DNA of 64,000 nucleotides from positions 11,841-75,840 of the forward strand of contig JBCCVP010000002.1 of assembly GCA_039195135.1 (NCBI GenBank). Reading direction: 5' to 3'. The position numbers and the translations under genes were made by a program. Shown piece after piece: positions 19,107-28,678 of this stretch. Source of the DNA: Pseudomonadota bacterium. GTDB taxonomy: Bacteria > Pseudomonadota > Gammaproteobacteria > Xanthomonadales > SZUA-38. The notes under the pieces are model-generated. The model was not told the DNA's origin. It saw only the letters and a program-made list of their open reading frames with translations, and searched no databases. Each line of letters starts with the position of its first letter. The first letter of the stretch is position 1.

Positions 19107-21328
19107 ACGCCCCGCAGCTGCCCTCGCGACGGCGATTCCTGGTCAGCGGCCTCACCGCCACCGGCGCGCTGCTCATCGGCGTGCCGGCCGCGTCCGGCAA
19201 AGCCGCCCACGGCAAACGCGAGCTGGGCTTTTTTGTCACCATCATCCAGGACAATACGCTGATTATCGGCAGCAACCAGCCAGAGATCGGCCAGGGCATC
19301 CGCACGACCTTACCGATGCTGGTGGCCGAAGAGCTGGAAGCCGACTGGAGCCGGGTCAGCGTCCGCCAGATGCCGCTGGGAATCGTGCGCAGCGGCGACG
19401 GCTACACCTGGAAATATGGCGGCCAGGGGGTTGGCGGCAGCACCGGTCTGACCAGCAACTTTGATTTCATGCGCGAGGTGGGGGCCCGATGCCGCGTGCT
19501 GCTGGAAAAGGCGGCGGCGGACCGCTGGGGCATCAAAGCGGGTTCTGTCACCTGCCGCGACAGCTTCGTCGTCCACCCGGACGGCCAGCAGAAGCTGCCC
19601 TACAGTGCCCTCATCGAAGACGCCGCGGCGCACCCGATGCCGGAAACGGCACCAGAACTGAAGCCGGTAAGCGCGTTTCGCATCGCGGGAAAACACCAGC
19701 CCACCACAGACCTTGATGAGCTGGTCACCGGCCGCGCCCGCTACGGCCTGGACACGCGGATCAATGGCATGAAATACGCGGTGCTGGCGCGCTGCCCACA
19801 CCTCGACGGCTCCGTTCAATCGGTCGACGCCGCCGCCGCCCGGGCGGTGCCCGGCGTGGTGGACGTGCGGGTGATCACCGGGCCGGAACCCGGTGCGCCG
19901 TACCACATCCTGGCGGCGGGGGTCGCGGTGATCGCCGACAACACCTGGGCCGCGCTGAAGGGCCGGCAGGCGCTTGAGATCGCCTGGAAAAAAGGGCCGG
20001 GTGCTGATGAGTCCACTTCGGGCTTTGAGGAGCAGTGCCGTCAGCTGCTGGCGGGAGAAGGACAGATCGTGCGCAACGACGGCGACGCTGCCGCGGCCCT
20101 GAAAGGCGCCGAGCGCACGCTTACGGCCCGCTACGCGATCCCCTTCGTGTCGCATGCCCCGCTGGAGCCACCCAACTGCTTTGCCCACGTCACCGCGGAC
20201 GGGGCAAAGATCATCGTGCCGACCCAAAGTCCTTCCGGCGTTTCCCGCACCGTGGCCAACGCCACCGGTCTGGAGCGAGACCGAATCAGCGTGCAGATGA
20301 CACGGGTGGGCGGGGGCTTCGGTCGCCGGCTTAGCGTGGACTACGCCGCCGAAGCGGCGCTGATCTCGAAGGCCAGCGGTTATCCGATCCAGCTGGTGTG
20401 GACGCGGGAGGACGATCTGCGTCACGACTTCTACCGACCGGCGGGGCTTCACGAGCTCACCGCGGGGTTAGGCGAAGACGGTACCGTGGTGGCCTGGAAA
20501 CACCGGCTGGCAAGCGCGAGCAAATACTACCGCCGTCCCAACGTGCCGGACGAGGACATGTGGAAGCCGGAGCTTTACGCGGACGATTTCCCGGCGGGCC
20601 GCGTGGCCAACTTTACCCGCGAGTATTTTCCGGTGAAGTCTTTTGTGCCGCGGGGGTCCTGGCGCGCGCCAGCGCATACGGCCAACGCGTTTGTGATCCA
20701 GAGTTTTATCGATGAGCTGGCCCACCAGCACGGCGAAGACATGCTGACCTTCCAGCTGCGCCTGCTGGGGGAAGCGGAAGATCTATCCTATGAACAACAT
20801 GGCGGCCCCACGTTCAATCCGGGCCGGCTGGCCAGCCTGCTCAGGTTTGTGGCCGAAGAGTCGGGCTACGGCCGCTCCCTGCCTCCGGGCCGGGGCATTG
20901 GCCTGGCCTGCCACTTCACGTTCGGCGGCTATGCCGCCCACGCCGTGGAGGTGAGCGTGAGCGACACCGGCGACCTCGCCATTCACCGTATCGTTGCCGC
21001 CATGGACTGCGGCCTGGCGGTGAACCCGAACGCGGCGCTGGCGCAGGTGGAGGGAGGCACGGTAGACGGATTGAGTACCGCGCTGAATCTCGAGATCACG
21101 GTGCGCGACGGCGAGGTGGAGCAGAGCAACTTTCACAACTATCCGCTGGCGACGATTGCGCAGATTCCGCGCCGCATCGAGGCGCATCTGAAACCCTGGG
21201 ACGATCGCCCGACCGGCGTCGGGGAGATCCCCCTGCCACCGGTTGCGCCGGCCCTCACCAACGCCATTTTCGCCGCGAGCGGCAAACGCATCCGAACGCT
21301 GCCCCTGGGGGATCAGCTCAAGGCCTGA
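19103..21328 (+). CDS. iorB: molybdopterin-cytosine-dinucleotide-type hydroxylase large subunit (IorB-like) with Tat signal
   Basis: Start re-called to ATG 19103, overlapping the iorA stop (ATGA). Tat signal [19 protein letters not shown]. The body matches the isoquinoline oxidoreductase / aldehyde dehydrogenase beta-subunit family (GGGFGRR motif). Confidence 0.9.
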   Translation: MNAPQLPSRRRFLVSGLTATGALLIGVPAASGKAAHGKRELGFFVTIIQDNTLIIGSNQPEIGQGIRTTLPMLVAEELEADWSRVSVRQMPLGIVRSGDGYTWKYGGQGVGGSTGLTSNFDFMREVGARCRVLLEKAAADRWGIKAGSVTCRDSFVVHPDGQQKLPYSALIEDAAAHPMPETAPELKPVSAFRIAGKHQPTTDLDELVTGRARYGLDTRINGMKYAVLARCPHLDGSVQSVDAAAARAVPGVVDVRVITGPEPGAPYHILAAGVAVIADNTWAALKGRQALEIAWKKGPGADESTSGFEEQCRQLLAGEGQIVRNDGDAAAALKGAERTLTARYAIPFVSHAPLEPPNCFAHVTADGAKIIVPTQSPSGVSRTVANATGLERDRISVQMTRVGGGFGRRLSVDYAAEAALISKASGYPIQLVWTREDDLRHDFYRPAGLHELTAGLGEDGTVVAWKHRLASASKYYRRPNVPDEDMWKPELYADDFPAGRVANFTREYFPVKSFVPRGSWRAPAHTANAFVIQSFIDELAHQHGEDMLTFQLRLLGEAEDLSYEQHGGPTFNPGRLASLLRFVAEESGYGRSLPPGRGIGLACHFTFGGYAAHAVEVSVSDTGDLAIHRIVAAMDCGLAVNPNAALAQVEGGTVDGLSTALNLEITVRDGEVEQSNFHNYPLATIAQIPRRIEAHLKPWDDRPTGVGEIPLPPVAPALTNAIFAASGKRIRTLPLGDQLKA

Positions 21329-23027
21329 GCGCCAGCCGCTCAAGCGCCTCCAGCGCTGGATGGTAGCGAGGGGTAATCGCAAGCGCCCGGCGCTGCGCCG
21401 TCGCCGCGGCCTTGAGATCCCCTGCTGCCTCCAGCGCCAGCCCGTAGACGTGATGCGCGCTGTGGAACTCGGGATATTGCTTCCGGTAGAGGCGGTAATG
21501 CTGAACGGCAAGCGCCGCCGCTGCGGGATCGCGGGTCAACCCCTCTTCGCCGTAGAGCCAGCGAAAACCGTAGAAAAAGGCCGGGTACTGAGAGAAATAG
21601 CGGCCGGCCGGGTCCTGCGCACGATACTCATCGAACAGCGCATTGGCCGCCTCCGGATCTCCGGCGAAGATCAGTTTTGTCAGCGCGCTGACCTTCGGCT
21701 CTGCGGCCCGGTTGATCCGGGCCAGCCGGTCGCGGTGGGCGGTCAGGTCCTCTGCACCAAGCCAACGGCCGCGCAGCACCACGGCTTTGGGAGTCTTGAG
21801 CGCCGCAAGACCGTCCCGCGGGTCTTTTTCGATCATCAGCAGATCCGCTCGGGCGCCCGGCTCGAGCACGCCTACCCTGGGAAAATCCGGCGCGAGCGCC
21901 GCCACCAGCTTGCCCGCATAGGCGGTGGCGGTTTTCAGCGCAGTCCGGGTATCGAGCCCTGCCGCCTCGTAGGCCAGCAGCTCGCCCACCAGCGACGCTC
22001 CCGGGTAGGCGCCGGGCACCGGGGTGTCGGTACCGGCGATCAGCAGCTGGGGCGCCAGCGCTCCCGCGATACCAGCGATTGCGGCCACATCATCGGCCGA
22101 CCGCAGAGCTCGCCCCACCCACGCCTGATCGCGCCGGGCATAGCGATTGAATCCAGGGCGATACGGCTGCAGCGATACCGGGTGAAGCAGCTCTCGCGCC
22201 GGATTCCCCAGCAGGTCATCCAGCCCCGCCGGCATGGCGGCGGTCATTCGCAGCAGCTGGTGGTTTGCCGTGAGGGTCACCTCCGCTTGCTTAAGGGCCT
22301 CCAGCAGTGCTGAGATTTCCTCCGGGTCCTGTCGGTCATTAAGCAGTTTGAACGCCTGCTCTCCGTGCGCGATGTTGCGATGCGGGCAGGTTAAAACGTC
22401 ATCCAAAGACACGGCGTCGGGGATATGGCCAGCCACGGCGAGGCCAACCTCCCGAGCGGTGGCGCAGATTGCCTGATACTGGGGCCGGGACAGCTCGCTG
22501 TAGACCTTGATGAAGTCGTAGCCGGCAAGCTTTTCGCGGATGACCGTTTCCCGCGCATCCTCCGGGGAGCTCAACACCGTCATGGGCAGCATGTTGGGCG
22601 GATTACCATCCAGATAATCACCACTGGTGATGAAATCTGGAGCAATCAGCCCACCGCCGCGGGCTTTCTCGCGCAGCGTCAGATGCCAGGGCAGGCCGCG
22701 CATGTTGACCACGGTGGTCACGCCGTAAAGCGGGAAAACCTCCAGATCCTGCGGATGATCGATATGGACGTGGGCGTCGATCAGCCCGGGCACCACCCAG
22801 GCTCCAGCGCCATCCACCACGTAGACCCCGTCGGGCTGCTGCGCCTCCTGCGTTATCTCCGCGATCAGCCCATCCCGGACGACCACGGTGTGATTGAGCA
22901 GCACCTGATCGCTGGCCATGGTAAGGACATGGACGTTCGTCAGCACAAGATCCTGAGCCGCCGCGGCCGGCGCGCCGACGATCAGGGAGGCGGCGGCTAA
23001 AACCCGCCAAAACCAGTGATTTCTCAT
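21318..23027 (-). CDS. secreted amidohydrolase-family protein with C-terminal TPR-like helical region
   Basis: Signal peptide followed by the metal-binding GLIDAHVHIDH. The C-terminal ~130 aa are helical with TPR-like content (YFSQYPAFFYGF...HHVYGLALEAAGDLKAA). Confidence 0.85.
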   Translation of the reverse strand: MRNHWFWRVLAAASLIVGAPAAAAQDLVLTNVHVLTMASDQVLLNHTVVVRDGLIAEITQEAQQPDGVYVVDGAGAWVVPGLIDAHVHIDHPQDLEVFPLYGVTTVVNMRGLPWHLTLREKARGGGLIAPDFITSGDYLDGNPPNMLPMTVLSSPEDARETVIREKLAGYDFIKVYSELSRPQYQAICATAREVGLAVAGHIPDAVSLDDVLTCPHRNIAHGEQAFKLLNDRQDPEEISALLEALKQAEVTLTANHQLLRMTAAMPAGLDDLLGNPARELLHPVSLQPYRPGFNRYARRDQAWVGRALRSADDVAAIAGIAGALAPQLLIAGTDTPVPGAYPGASLVGELLAYEAAGLDTRTALKTATAYAGKLVAALAPDFPRVGVLEPGARADLLMIEKDPRDGLAALKTPKAVVLRGRWLGAEDLTAHRDRLARINRAAEPKVSALTKLIFAGDPEAANALFDEYRAQDPAGRYFSQYPAFFYGFRWLYGEEGLTRDPAAAALAVQHYRLYRKQYPEFHSAHHVYGLALEAAGDLKAAATAQRRALAITPRYHPALEALERLALRP

Positions 23028-23090
23028 GGCTTGCAGCCTGCCCCAAACCTGTCATTCTGACCATGAATTTAAGCTTGGGACTTGCTTGGG

Positions 23091-25169
23091 ATGCCCAAAA
23101 CAGGCCCCCTCAAGGTTGCACAGATCACCGTCGACCCGGCCCTGTACCAGTTAAGCCGCGGGCCCCGGGTGCTGCAGATTGAGCCTCGGGCCATGCAGGT
23201 CCTTTCGGTATTGCTGGCGCAGCGCAACCAGGTGGTCCGCCGAGAGGTCATCTTCCGTGAGGTCTGGGGCCGCGGCGAGGCCAGCGACGATACGCTCAAC
23301 CGGCTGATTTTCGACCTGCGTCGCACGCTTCGGGAACTGGACCCGGGTTGGGAGCCGATCGAAACCATTCGCCGGGTCGGCTACCGGTGGGTGGAGCGGA
23401 AAACGCCACTGTGGCGCCGCCGGGGCGCGGCCGCCGCAGCGGCGCTGGTGGTCCTGGCGGCAGCGGCGCTGCTGCTCTCGCGCCCCTCGCAGGTGGTGGT
23501 GGGGACGGTCCGCCCTTTGAGCGCCGATCTTGGCCTGGAGACCTATCCGGCCTTCAGCCCCGATGGATCCACCGTTTACTTTGGCTGCAGCCCCGGGGAC
23601 CGGGGCAGCGGCACCAGCGTGGCCCTGTGCCGCCGGGACGTCGGCGGCTCGGTCATTGAAACCGTGCTTGAGCAGGTAGCGGACGGCGTAGCGCCGCATC
23701 CCGACGGGGTTCACCTCGCCTTCCAGACCGCAACCGGGGATTGCACCATCAACCGACTCAATCAGCGCACCGGCGAGCAGGTCCGGCTGACCCCGTGCCT
23801 CGACCGCAACGACGGCAGCCTGGCCTGGTCAGCGGATGGGCAATGGCTGTACTTCTCCGATCGCACCGCTGCCGGCGGCCCGTTTCGGATTAAGGCCGTC
23901 AACTTTGCAGGCGCTGAGACGCTCCCGATCAGCCGTCCCGCTCCGGACACGGTCGGCGATCTGTATCCAACACCCTCTCCGGACGGCACCCGGCTGGCTT
24001 TCTTTCGCGCCAGCAGCGCTCCCGCCACCACGACCTATATCACGCCCGGCAGCGGCCGGGTCTGGCACGGCTGGCTGAATCAGGCCCAGTTTGCGCAAAC
24101 CCCGGAGCCGCTGGCCCCCGGTGCCGCGGAGACGCAGGTGACGGGGCTGGCCTGGTACAACCGCGATCTGCTCTGGTTCGCCAATCCGGATGGGCGGGAG
24201 TTTGCCCTCCTGATTTCCCGGGACGGCAAAGCGGCGCCGGTGTCGCTGGGCACGTTCACCGGTATCCCCCGTCACCCCACGATCAGCAACCAGGGGCTGG
24301 TGATTGCCGAAGCGTGGAGCGCTGACGCCGATCTGTGGCGGTTGTCCCTGGCGAATGACAACGCGCCGCAGCGGGTACTTTCGTCAACCCGGTTTGACCT
24401 GAGCCCCACCTTCGCGCCCGACGGCGAGCGCGTTGCCTGGGTAAGCGCGCGCCGGGGGCGGTCGGAAATCTACATCGGCAGTCTGGCCGACAACAGAGTG
24501 ATCCGACGGCTTGATCCGGGGGACGGTTTCGAGGCCGAATCGCCCAAATTTTCCCCGGACGGGCAGCAGCTCGTTTTTGAACGCCGCCGGAACGAGCGCA
24601 GTGAGGTTGCCGTGTACGACCTGTCGTCCGGGACCCTCCGGCAGCTGCCGAATCCGGACGGACAAAGTCGAGCGCCATCTTTCGCTGCTGATGGTCAATC
24701 AGTTTTTCTCGCCTCCGATCGCAGCGGGAGTTGGAACATCTGGCAGCAAATGCTGGAGGATGAGTCGCTGAGGCAGGTGACCCGCGGCGGGGGTTATGGC
24801 CATGCCAGCCGCGGCGACCTGCTCGTTTTCTCTCGCCGGGATGAGCCGGGGCTCTGGCGCCAGGATCTTACAACAGGAGCGGTGACCCAGCTGTCGGATC
24901 GCCTGCCGCCCTGGTCCTGGGGAAACTGGGTGCTCGTCGAAGATGAGGTCTGGGCAGCCCTGGGCAACAGTTCCGGCGACACAGACCTCGTCGCCATCGA
25001 TGTGGCAAACGGACAATCCCGAACCCTGCGCCGCCTGCCGCAGCCGCTGCTTCGGGAATCCACCAACCTGGCCGCCGCCCCAGACGGTCAGACCATCGTG
25101 TTTGCGCTGCGCAGTTTCCTGAGCGCTGACCTGATCCAGTTTTCCCTGAGCACTTCCGGCGGCCACTGA
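23091..25169 (+). CDS. ToxR/CadC-like membrane-anchored transcriptional regulator (OmpR/PhoB wHTH + TM + TolB-like beta-propeller)
   Basis: ATG 23091 (a TTG alternative lies at 23082). The wHTH ends in IETIRRVGYRWV. One TM helix (AAAAAALVVLAAAALLL, ~23425-23485). The C-terminal part has repeated PD40/TolB-type blades (FSPDGSTVYF, WSADGQWLYFSD, PSPDGTRLAFF, FAPDGERVAWVS, FSPDGQQLVFE, FAADGQSVFLASDRSG). Confidence 0.8.
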   Translation: MPKTGPLKVAQITVDPALYQLSRGPRVLQIEPRAMQVLSVLLAQRNQVVRREVIFREVWGRGEASDDTLNRLIFDLRRTLRELDPGWEPIETIRRVGYRWVERKTPLWRRRGAAAAAALVVLAAAALLLSRPSQVVVGTVRPLSADLGLETYPAFSPDGSTVYFGCSPGDRGSGTSVALCRRDVGGSVIETVLEQVADGVAPHPDGVHLAFQTATGDCTINRLNQRTGEQVRLTPCLDRNDGSLAWSADGQWLYFSDRTAAGGPFRIKAVNFAGAETLPISRPAPDTVGDLYPTPSPDGTRLAFFRASSAPATTTYITPGSGRVWHGWLNQAQFAQTPEPLAPGAAETQVTGLAWYNRDLLWFANPDGREFALLISRDGKAAPVSLGTFTGIPRHPTISNQGLVIAEAWSADADLWRLSLANDNAPQRVLSSTRFDLSPTFAPDGERVAWVSARRGRSEIYIGSLADNRVIRRLDPGDGFEAESPKFSPDGQQLVFERRRNERSEVAVYDLSSGTLRQLPNPDGQSRAPSFAADGQSVFLASDRSGSWNIWQQMLEDESLRQVTRGGGYGHASRGDLLVFSRRDEPGLWRQDLTTGAVTQLSDRLPPWSWGNWVLVEDEVWAALGNSSGDTDLVAIDVANGQSRTLRRLPQPLLRESTNLAAAPDGQTIVFALRSFLSADLIQFSLSTSGGH

Positions 25170-25422
25170 GCCGGCGTCCCAACCTGGCGCGCCCTGCGAT
25201 GGTGCGGAATGAAGGTGCGCCGGCCACATTGGTGCGCCGACGCCGTTTTGGCGCCTGGAATTGTTCCCTTTGTCATGAAACGGCAATCCATATTTTCTAT
25301 AGCAATCAACCATCTAAGCATGACTCGCGTTTTTTGCCGGGCAAAGTGGCCCGTCTCTTGCTCTTTGAGTGCCGTCCCGGCTGCGCCGGCGACTTCACTT
25401 TGATTGAGCGAGGAGATACTCG

Positions 25423-26139
25423 ATGACCCAGACCAGCAGGCGAGCGCTTTGGATTGCCGCTGCCCTCATGCTAGCGGCTGCCGGCAATTCTCATGCCCAG
25501 CTAACCGCCAATTTCGCCGCCGACAATAACTACATCTGGCGGGGCCTGACCCAGACGGAAAACGAGGTAGCCGTATCCGGTGGACTCGACTACGCCTGGG
25601 ACAACGGTGCCTACGTAGGTACCTGGATATCCAATGTCAGCTACGCCCCGGGGGACGTCTTCTCCTACGAGCACGATATGTACTTCGGCTACGCGTTTGA
25701 GGCGAGCGGTGTCAGCTACGACTTTGGCTATCTGTATTACAACTACGATGACGAAGCCGAATTCGACTTTGCTGAAATCTACGGCTCCGTGGGCATCGGC
25801 GACTTCAGCCTCGGGCTGAACATCCTTGCGCATACGGAAGCCGACGAAGGACCTGGCCAGGACTTTGGGTTTGGTGAGACCTTCTACTTCTCCGCTGACT
25901 ACGCCACGGAGATTCGCGAAGGCCTCGAACTCGGTCTGCACGTCGGCTACCACGACGGCGACTTTAACGAGGCGTTTAACGGCGTGCCCGAGGGTTACCT
26001 GGATTACGCGATTTCTCTGTCCAAAGATGGTTTCACGATCAAGCTGACCGGCACTGATCTGGACGACGCAGGGCCCGACGGCCTGGACAACGACGAGGTG
26101 AAATTCGTCGTGGGTTACTCGATGGACTTTGAGCTCTGA
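25423..26139 (+). CDS. TorF-family putative outer-membrane beta-barrel porin (Gcw_chp / TIGR02001-like)
   Basis: Signal peptide, then NFAADNNYIWRGLTQTENEVAVSGGLDY and alternating amphipathic strands. Terminal F-containing strand GYSMDFEL. Confidence 0.75.
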   Translation: MTQTSRRALWIAAALMLAAAGNSHAQLTANFAADNNYIWRGLTQTENEVAVSGGLDYAWDNGAYVGTWISNVSYAPGDVFSYEHDMYFGYAFEASGVSYDFGYLYYNYDDEAEFDFAEIYGSVGIGDFSLGLNILAHTEADEGPGQDFGFGETFYFSADYATEIREGLELGLHVGYHDGDFNEAFNGVPEGYLDYAISLSKDGFTIKLTGTDLDDAGPDGLDNDEVKFVVGYSMDFEL

Positions 26140-26160
26140 GCTAGCTGCGCCCGGACTGGC

Positions 26161-26194
26161 GGCCGGGGCCCCGGAGCCCCGGCCGTCGGTTTTT
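26161..26194 (+). terminator. putative intrinsic terminator between convergent genes
   Basis: GGCCGGGGC (26161-69) pairs with GCCCCGGCC (26176-84). It is followed by gtcggTTTTT (T-run 26190-94). It sits between the torF-like stop (26139) and the ompA-like stop (26225). Confidence 0.55.
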
Positions 26195-26224
26195 GAATGC
26201 TCGTCTGACGGCAACCGTCCGACG

Positions 26225-26890
26225 TTAGCTGGTGATCGGCACCAGCGTTAGCTCCACCCGGCGGTTGGCTGCCCGGCCGCTGGAGCTGGCATTACTGGCG
26301 ACCGGATAGTCTTCGCCGTAGCCGGCGGAGGCCACGCGGCGCGGCAGCACACCACCGCGCATCAGATAGCCGGCCACCGACTCGGCCCGCCGCTCGGACA
26401 GCAGCTGGTTGTACCGATCGCTGCCGGTGCTGTCGGTGTGACCAACCACCTCAATCAGCGTTTGATCATACTCATCCAGCACCAGCGTGACCGAATCCAG
26501 CACCGACGAAAACTCCGGCCGCAGCGCCGCACGGTCCACGTCGAAGGTGATGTGGCCCGGCATGTTGAGGACGATCTGGTCGCCGGCGCGGGTGACCGAC
26601 ACGCCGGTGCCCTCAAGCTGCTGCCGCAGCTTCGCCTCCTGCACGTCCATGTAGTAGCCAATGGAACCGCCGGCCAGCGCACCGACGCCGGCGCCAATGA
26701 GCGCCCGTTTGCGCCGCTCGCGGCTGTCGTCACCGCTCAAAATGCCGGCCACCGCGCCCGCCGCGGCGCCGATCGCCGCCCCTTTGGTCGCCTTGGCCGT
26801 CTGGTCCTCCCGGGTGTAGGGGTTGATCGTGGTGCACCCGGAAAAAACGCCAATAATCAATGAAATAGCAATCAAGCGAGAGGTTTTCAT
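26225..26890 (-). CDS. OmpA-family lipoprotein (glycine-zipper region + OmpA C-terminal peptidoglycan-binding domain)
   Basis: Lipobox VFSGC. Gly-zipper GAAIGAAAGAVAGILSG. OmpA_C motifs: GHTDSTGSDRYNQLLSERRAESV, NRRVEL. Confidence 0.88.
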   Translation of the reverse strand: MKTSRLIAISLIIGVFSGCTTINPYTREDQTAKATKGAAIGAAAGAVAGILSGDDSRERRKRALIGAGVGALAGGSIGYYMDVQEAKLRQQLEGTGVSVTRAGDQIVLNMPGHITFDVDRAALRPEFSSVLDSVTLVLDEYDQTLIEVVGHTDSTGSDRYNQLLSERRAESVAGYLMRGGVLPRRVASAGYGEDYPVASNASSSGRAANRRVELTLVPITS

Positions 26891-27015
26891 GGGGTTGTCT
26901 CTTCAGCCTCAGGATCCATTTCAGGCTAGCAACCTGAGGCTTAACCACGGATTAACCGGGCGTGTGACGCGGATCACACTTTCCGTCCTTAGCCGAGCGG
27001 CTTTCCGAACATCTT

Positions 27016-27070
27016 TTGTCTCTTTTTAGGAGACAATATGTCAACAAATTAACCAATTGTCTCTTTTTGG
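27016..27070. promoter_or_regulatory. candidate operator / repeat motif in an AT-rich divergent promoter region
   Basis: TTGTCTC (27016-22) and GAGACAA (27030-36) form a perfect 7-bp inverted repeat with a 7-nt spacer. TTGTCTCTTTTT recurs as a direct repeat at 27057-68. The site lies between the ompA-like (-) and pirin (+) starts. Confidence 0.3.
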
Positions 27071-27126
27071 AATCCGATGCACACTGTCGACCATTCAACG
27101 GATAAACCTAAATAAGGAGCCAAGCC

Positions 27127-27828
27127 ATGATGAATCTAAGAGCGGCCAACGACCGCGGGCTGGCCAATTTCGGTTGGCTTAGCAGCCGTCATACGTTCTC
27201 TTTTGGCCATTACTTTGACCGGGCGCATATGGGCTTTGGCCCGCTGCGCGTGATCAATGAGGACCAGGTCAAACCCGCCAAAGGTTTCGACACCCACGGC
27301 CACCAGGACATGGAGATCCTTTCCTACGTGCTGAGCGGCGAGCTGGAACACCAAGACAGCATGGGCACCGGATCGGTGATCCGCCCCGGCGACGTGCAGC
27401 GCATGAGCGCCGGTACCGGCGTGCGGCACAGCGAGTACAACGCGTCGGACACGAACCCGGTGCATTTTCTGCAGATCTGGGTGATTCCGGAGCGCAACGG
27501 GTTGAACCCGAGCTACGAGCAGAAAACGTTCAGCGAAGCCGAGAAGCGCGGTCGCCTGCGTCTGGTGGGTTCCCGCGATGGTCGCGAGGGCTCCGTGGTG
27601 ATTCACCAGGATGTGAATCTCTACGCCGGTCTGTTCGACGGCAGCGAAACGGCCACGCTGGACCTGGCAGCGGACCGCAAGGTCTGGGTCCAGGTCGCTC
27701 GGGGCGCTGTCGAGGTTAACGGCCAACGGCTCACCGCAGGTGACGGACTGGCACTCGAAGCACCCGATTCGGTGACCCTCGCAAACGGCGAGCGGGCGGA
27801 AGTGCTCGTGTTTGATATGGGCCACTGA
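27127..27828 (+). CDS. pirin family protein (YhhW/quercetinase-like bicupin)
   Basis: N-terminus GWLSSRHTFSFGHYFD...GFGPLRVINEDQVKPAKGFDTHGHQDMEILSYVLSGELEHQDSMG is a canonical pirin. Confidence 0.92.
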   Translation: MMNLRAANDRGLANFGWLSSRHTFSFGHYFDRAHMGFGPLRVINEDQVKPAKGFDTHGHQDMEILSYVLSGELEHQDSMGTGSVIRPGDVQRMSAGTGVRHSEYNASDTNPVHFLQIWVIPERNGLNPSYEQKTFSEAEKRGRLRLVGSRDGREGSVVIHQDVNLYAGLFDGSETATLDLAADRKVWVQVARGAVEVNGQRLTAGDGLALEAPDSVTLANGERAEVLVFDMGH

Positions 27829-27859
27829 CCACCGAAACCGGACGCGTTATGCTCGCAAG

Positions 27860-28543
27860 ATGAGCAACGACTCCATCAACGGTGATTTGACCCAAAGGGT
27901 CTCGGTGGACACCGAGACCCTGGCTTTTACGCCCAGCCCGAGCGGCACCGTCTGGCGCAAGCGGGTGCACCTGGTTGGCCCGCCCGAAGCCGGCCAGGTG
28001 ACTTCGTTAGTGCGCTATCAGCCGGATTCGAGTTTTCCGGCCCACGATCATCCGGAGGGTGAAGAAATCCTGGTGCTCGAAGGGGTCTTTTCCGACGAGC
28101 ACGGCGACTGGCCGGCCGGCACCTACCTCCTCAATCCGGAAGGCTTTCGCCACGCCCCCTTTTCCAAACCAGGGTGCCTGCTGCTGGTAAAGCTGCGCCA
28201 GTTCCCCGGCATCGATCGGGAGCACGTGGTGATCGCGAGCGATCAGCTGAGCTGGGAGGAAACCTCGCAGCCGGGCATTTCAAGCAAGCCGCTCTATCAA
28301 CAGGCAGGCTTCAGTGATCAGGTTTCGCTGGAGCGCTGGGCGCCGGGCGCTGCCGCGGCGCGCAGGTTTCCGGACGGGGTCGAGTATTTTGTGCTGGAAG
28401 GTTCGTTGGAGGATGAGGCTGGCAGCTATTCCCAGAGAAGCTGGCTGCGCCTGCCGGCGGGAGCGTCGCACCAGCCCATGAGCAGCACCGGTTGCACCCT
28501 CTACGTCAAGACCGGGGGGCTTCCCTACCTCCGTGCCGGGTGA
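27860..28543 (+). CDS. ChrR-like cupin domain-containing protein (two cupin halves)
   Basis: Start re-called to ATG 27860. Motif FPAHDHPEGEEILVLEGVFSDEHGDWPAGTYLLNPEGFRHAP matches the ChrR cupin-like domain. Confidence 0.75.
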   Translation: MSNDSINGDLTQRVSVDTETLAFTPSPSGTVWRKRVHLVGPPEAGQVTSLVRYQPDSSFPAHDHPEGEEILVLEGVFSDEHGDWPAGTYLLNPEGFRHAPFSKPGCLLLVKLRQFPGIDREHVVIASDQLSWEETSQPGISSKPLYQQAGFSDQVSLERWAPGAAAARRFPDGVEYFVLEGSLEDEAGSYSQRSWLRLPAGASHQPMSSTGCTLYVKTGGLPYLRAG

Positions 28544-28588
28544 TGGGCCCGAGTGATACGGCCTGGTGATGCGGCGTGGTGATGTGCT

Positions 28589-28615
28589 GGGTCAGACCCG
28601 CTTGGGGTCTGACCC
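28589..28615. repeat. REP-like 27-nt palindromic element, copy 3 (loop GCTTG)
   Basis: GGGTCAGACCC-GCTTG-GGGTCTGACCC, located between convergent gene ends (28543 / 28679). Confidence 0.85.
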
Positions 28616-28678
28616 GGCATCCGTCGGAAACTTCAAAGCGGCGCCCGATACAGCGGGGTGTGGGCTCTCCGAGTTGGC

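Noticed and set aside
25333-25345. Palindrome TTTGCC-G-GGCAAA upstream of the TorF-like porin gene
   Set aside because: The arms are only 6 bp with a 1-nt centre. That is too short to distinguish from chance, and no second copy was seen.
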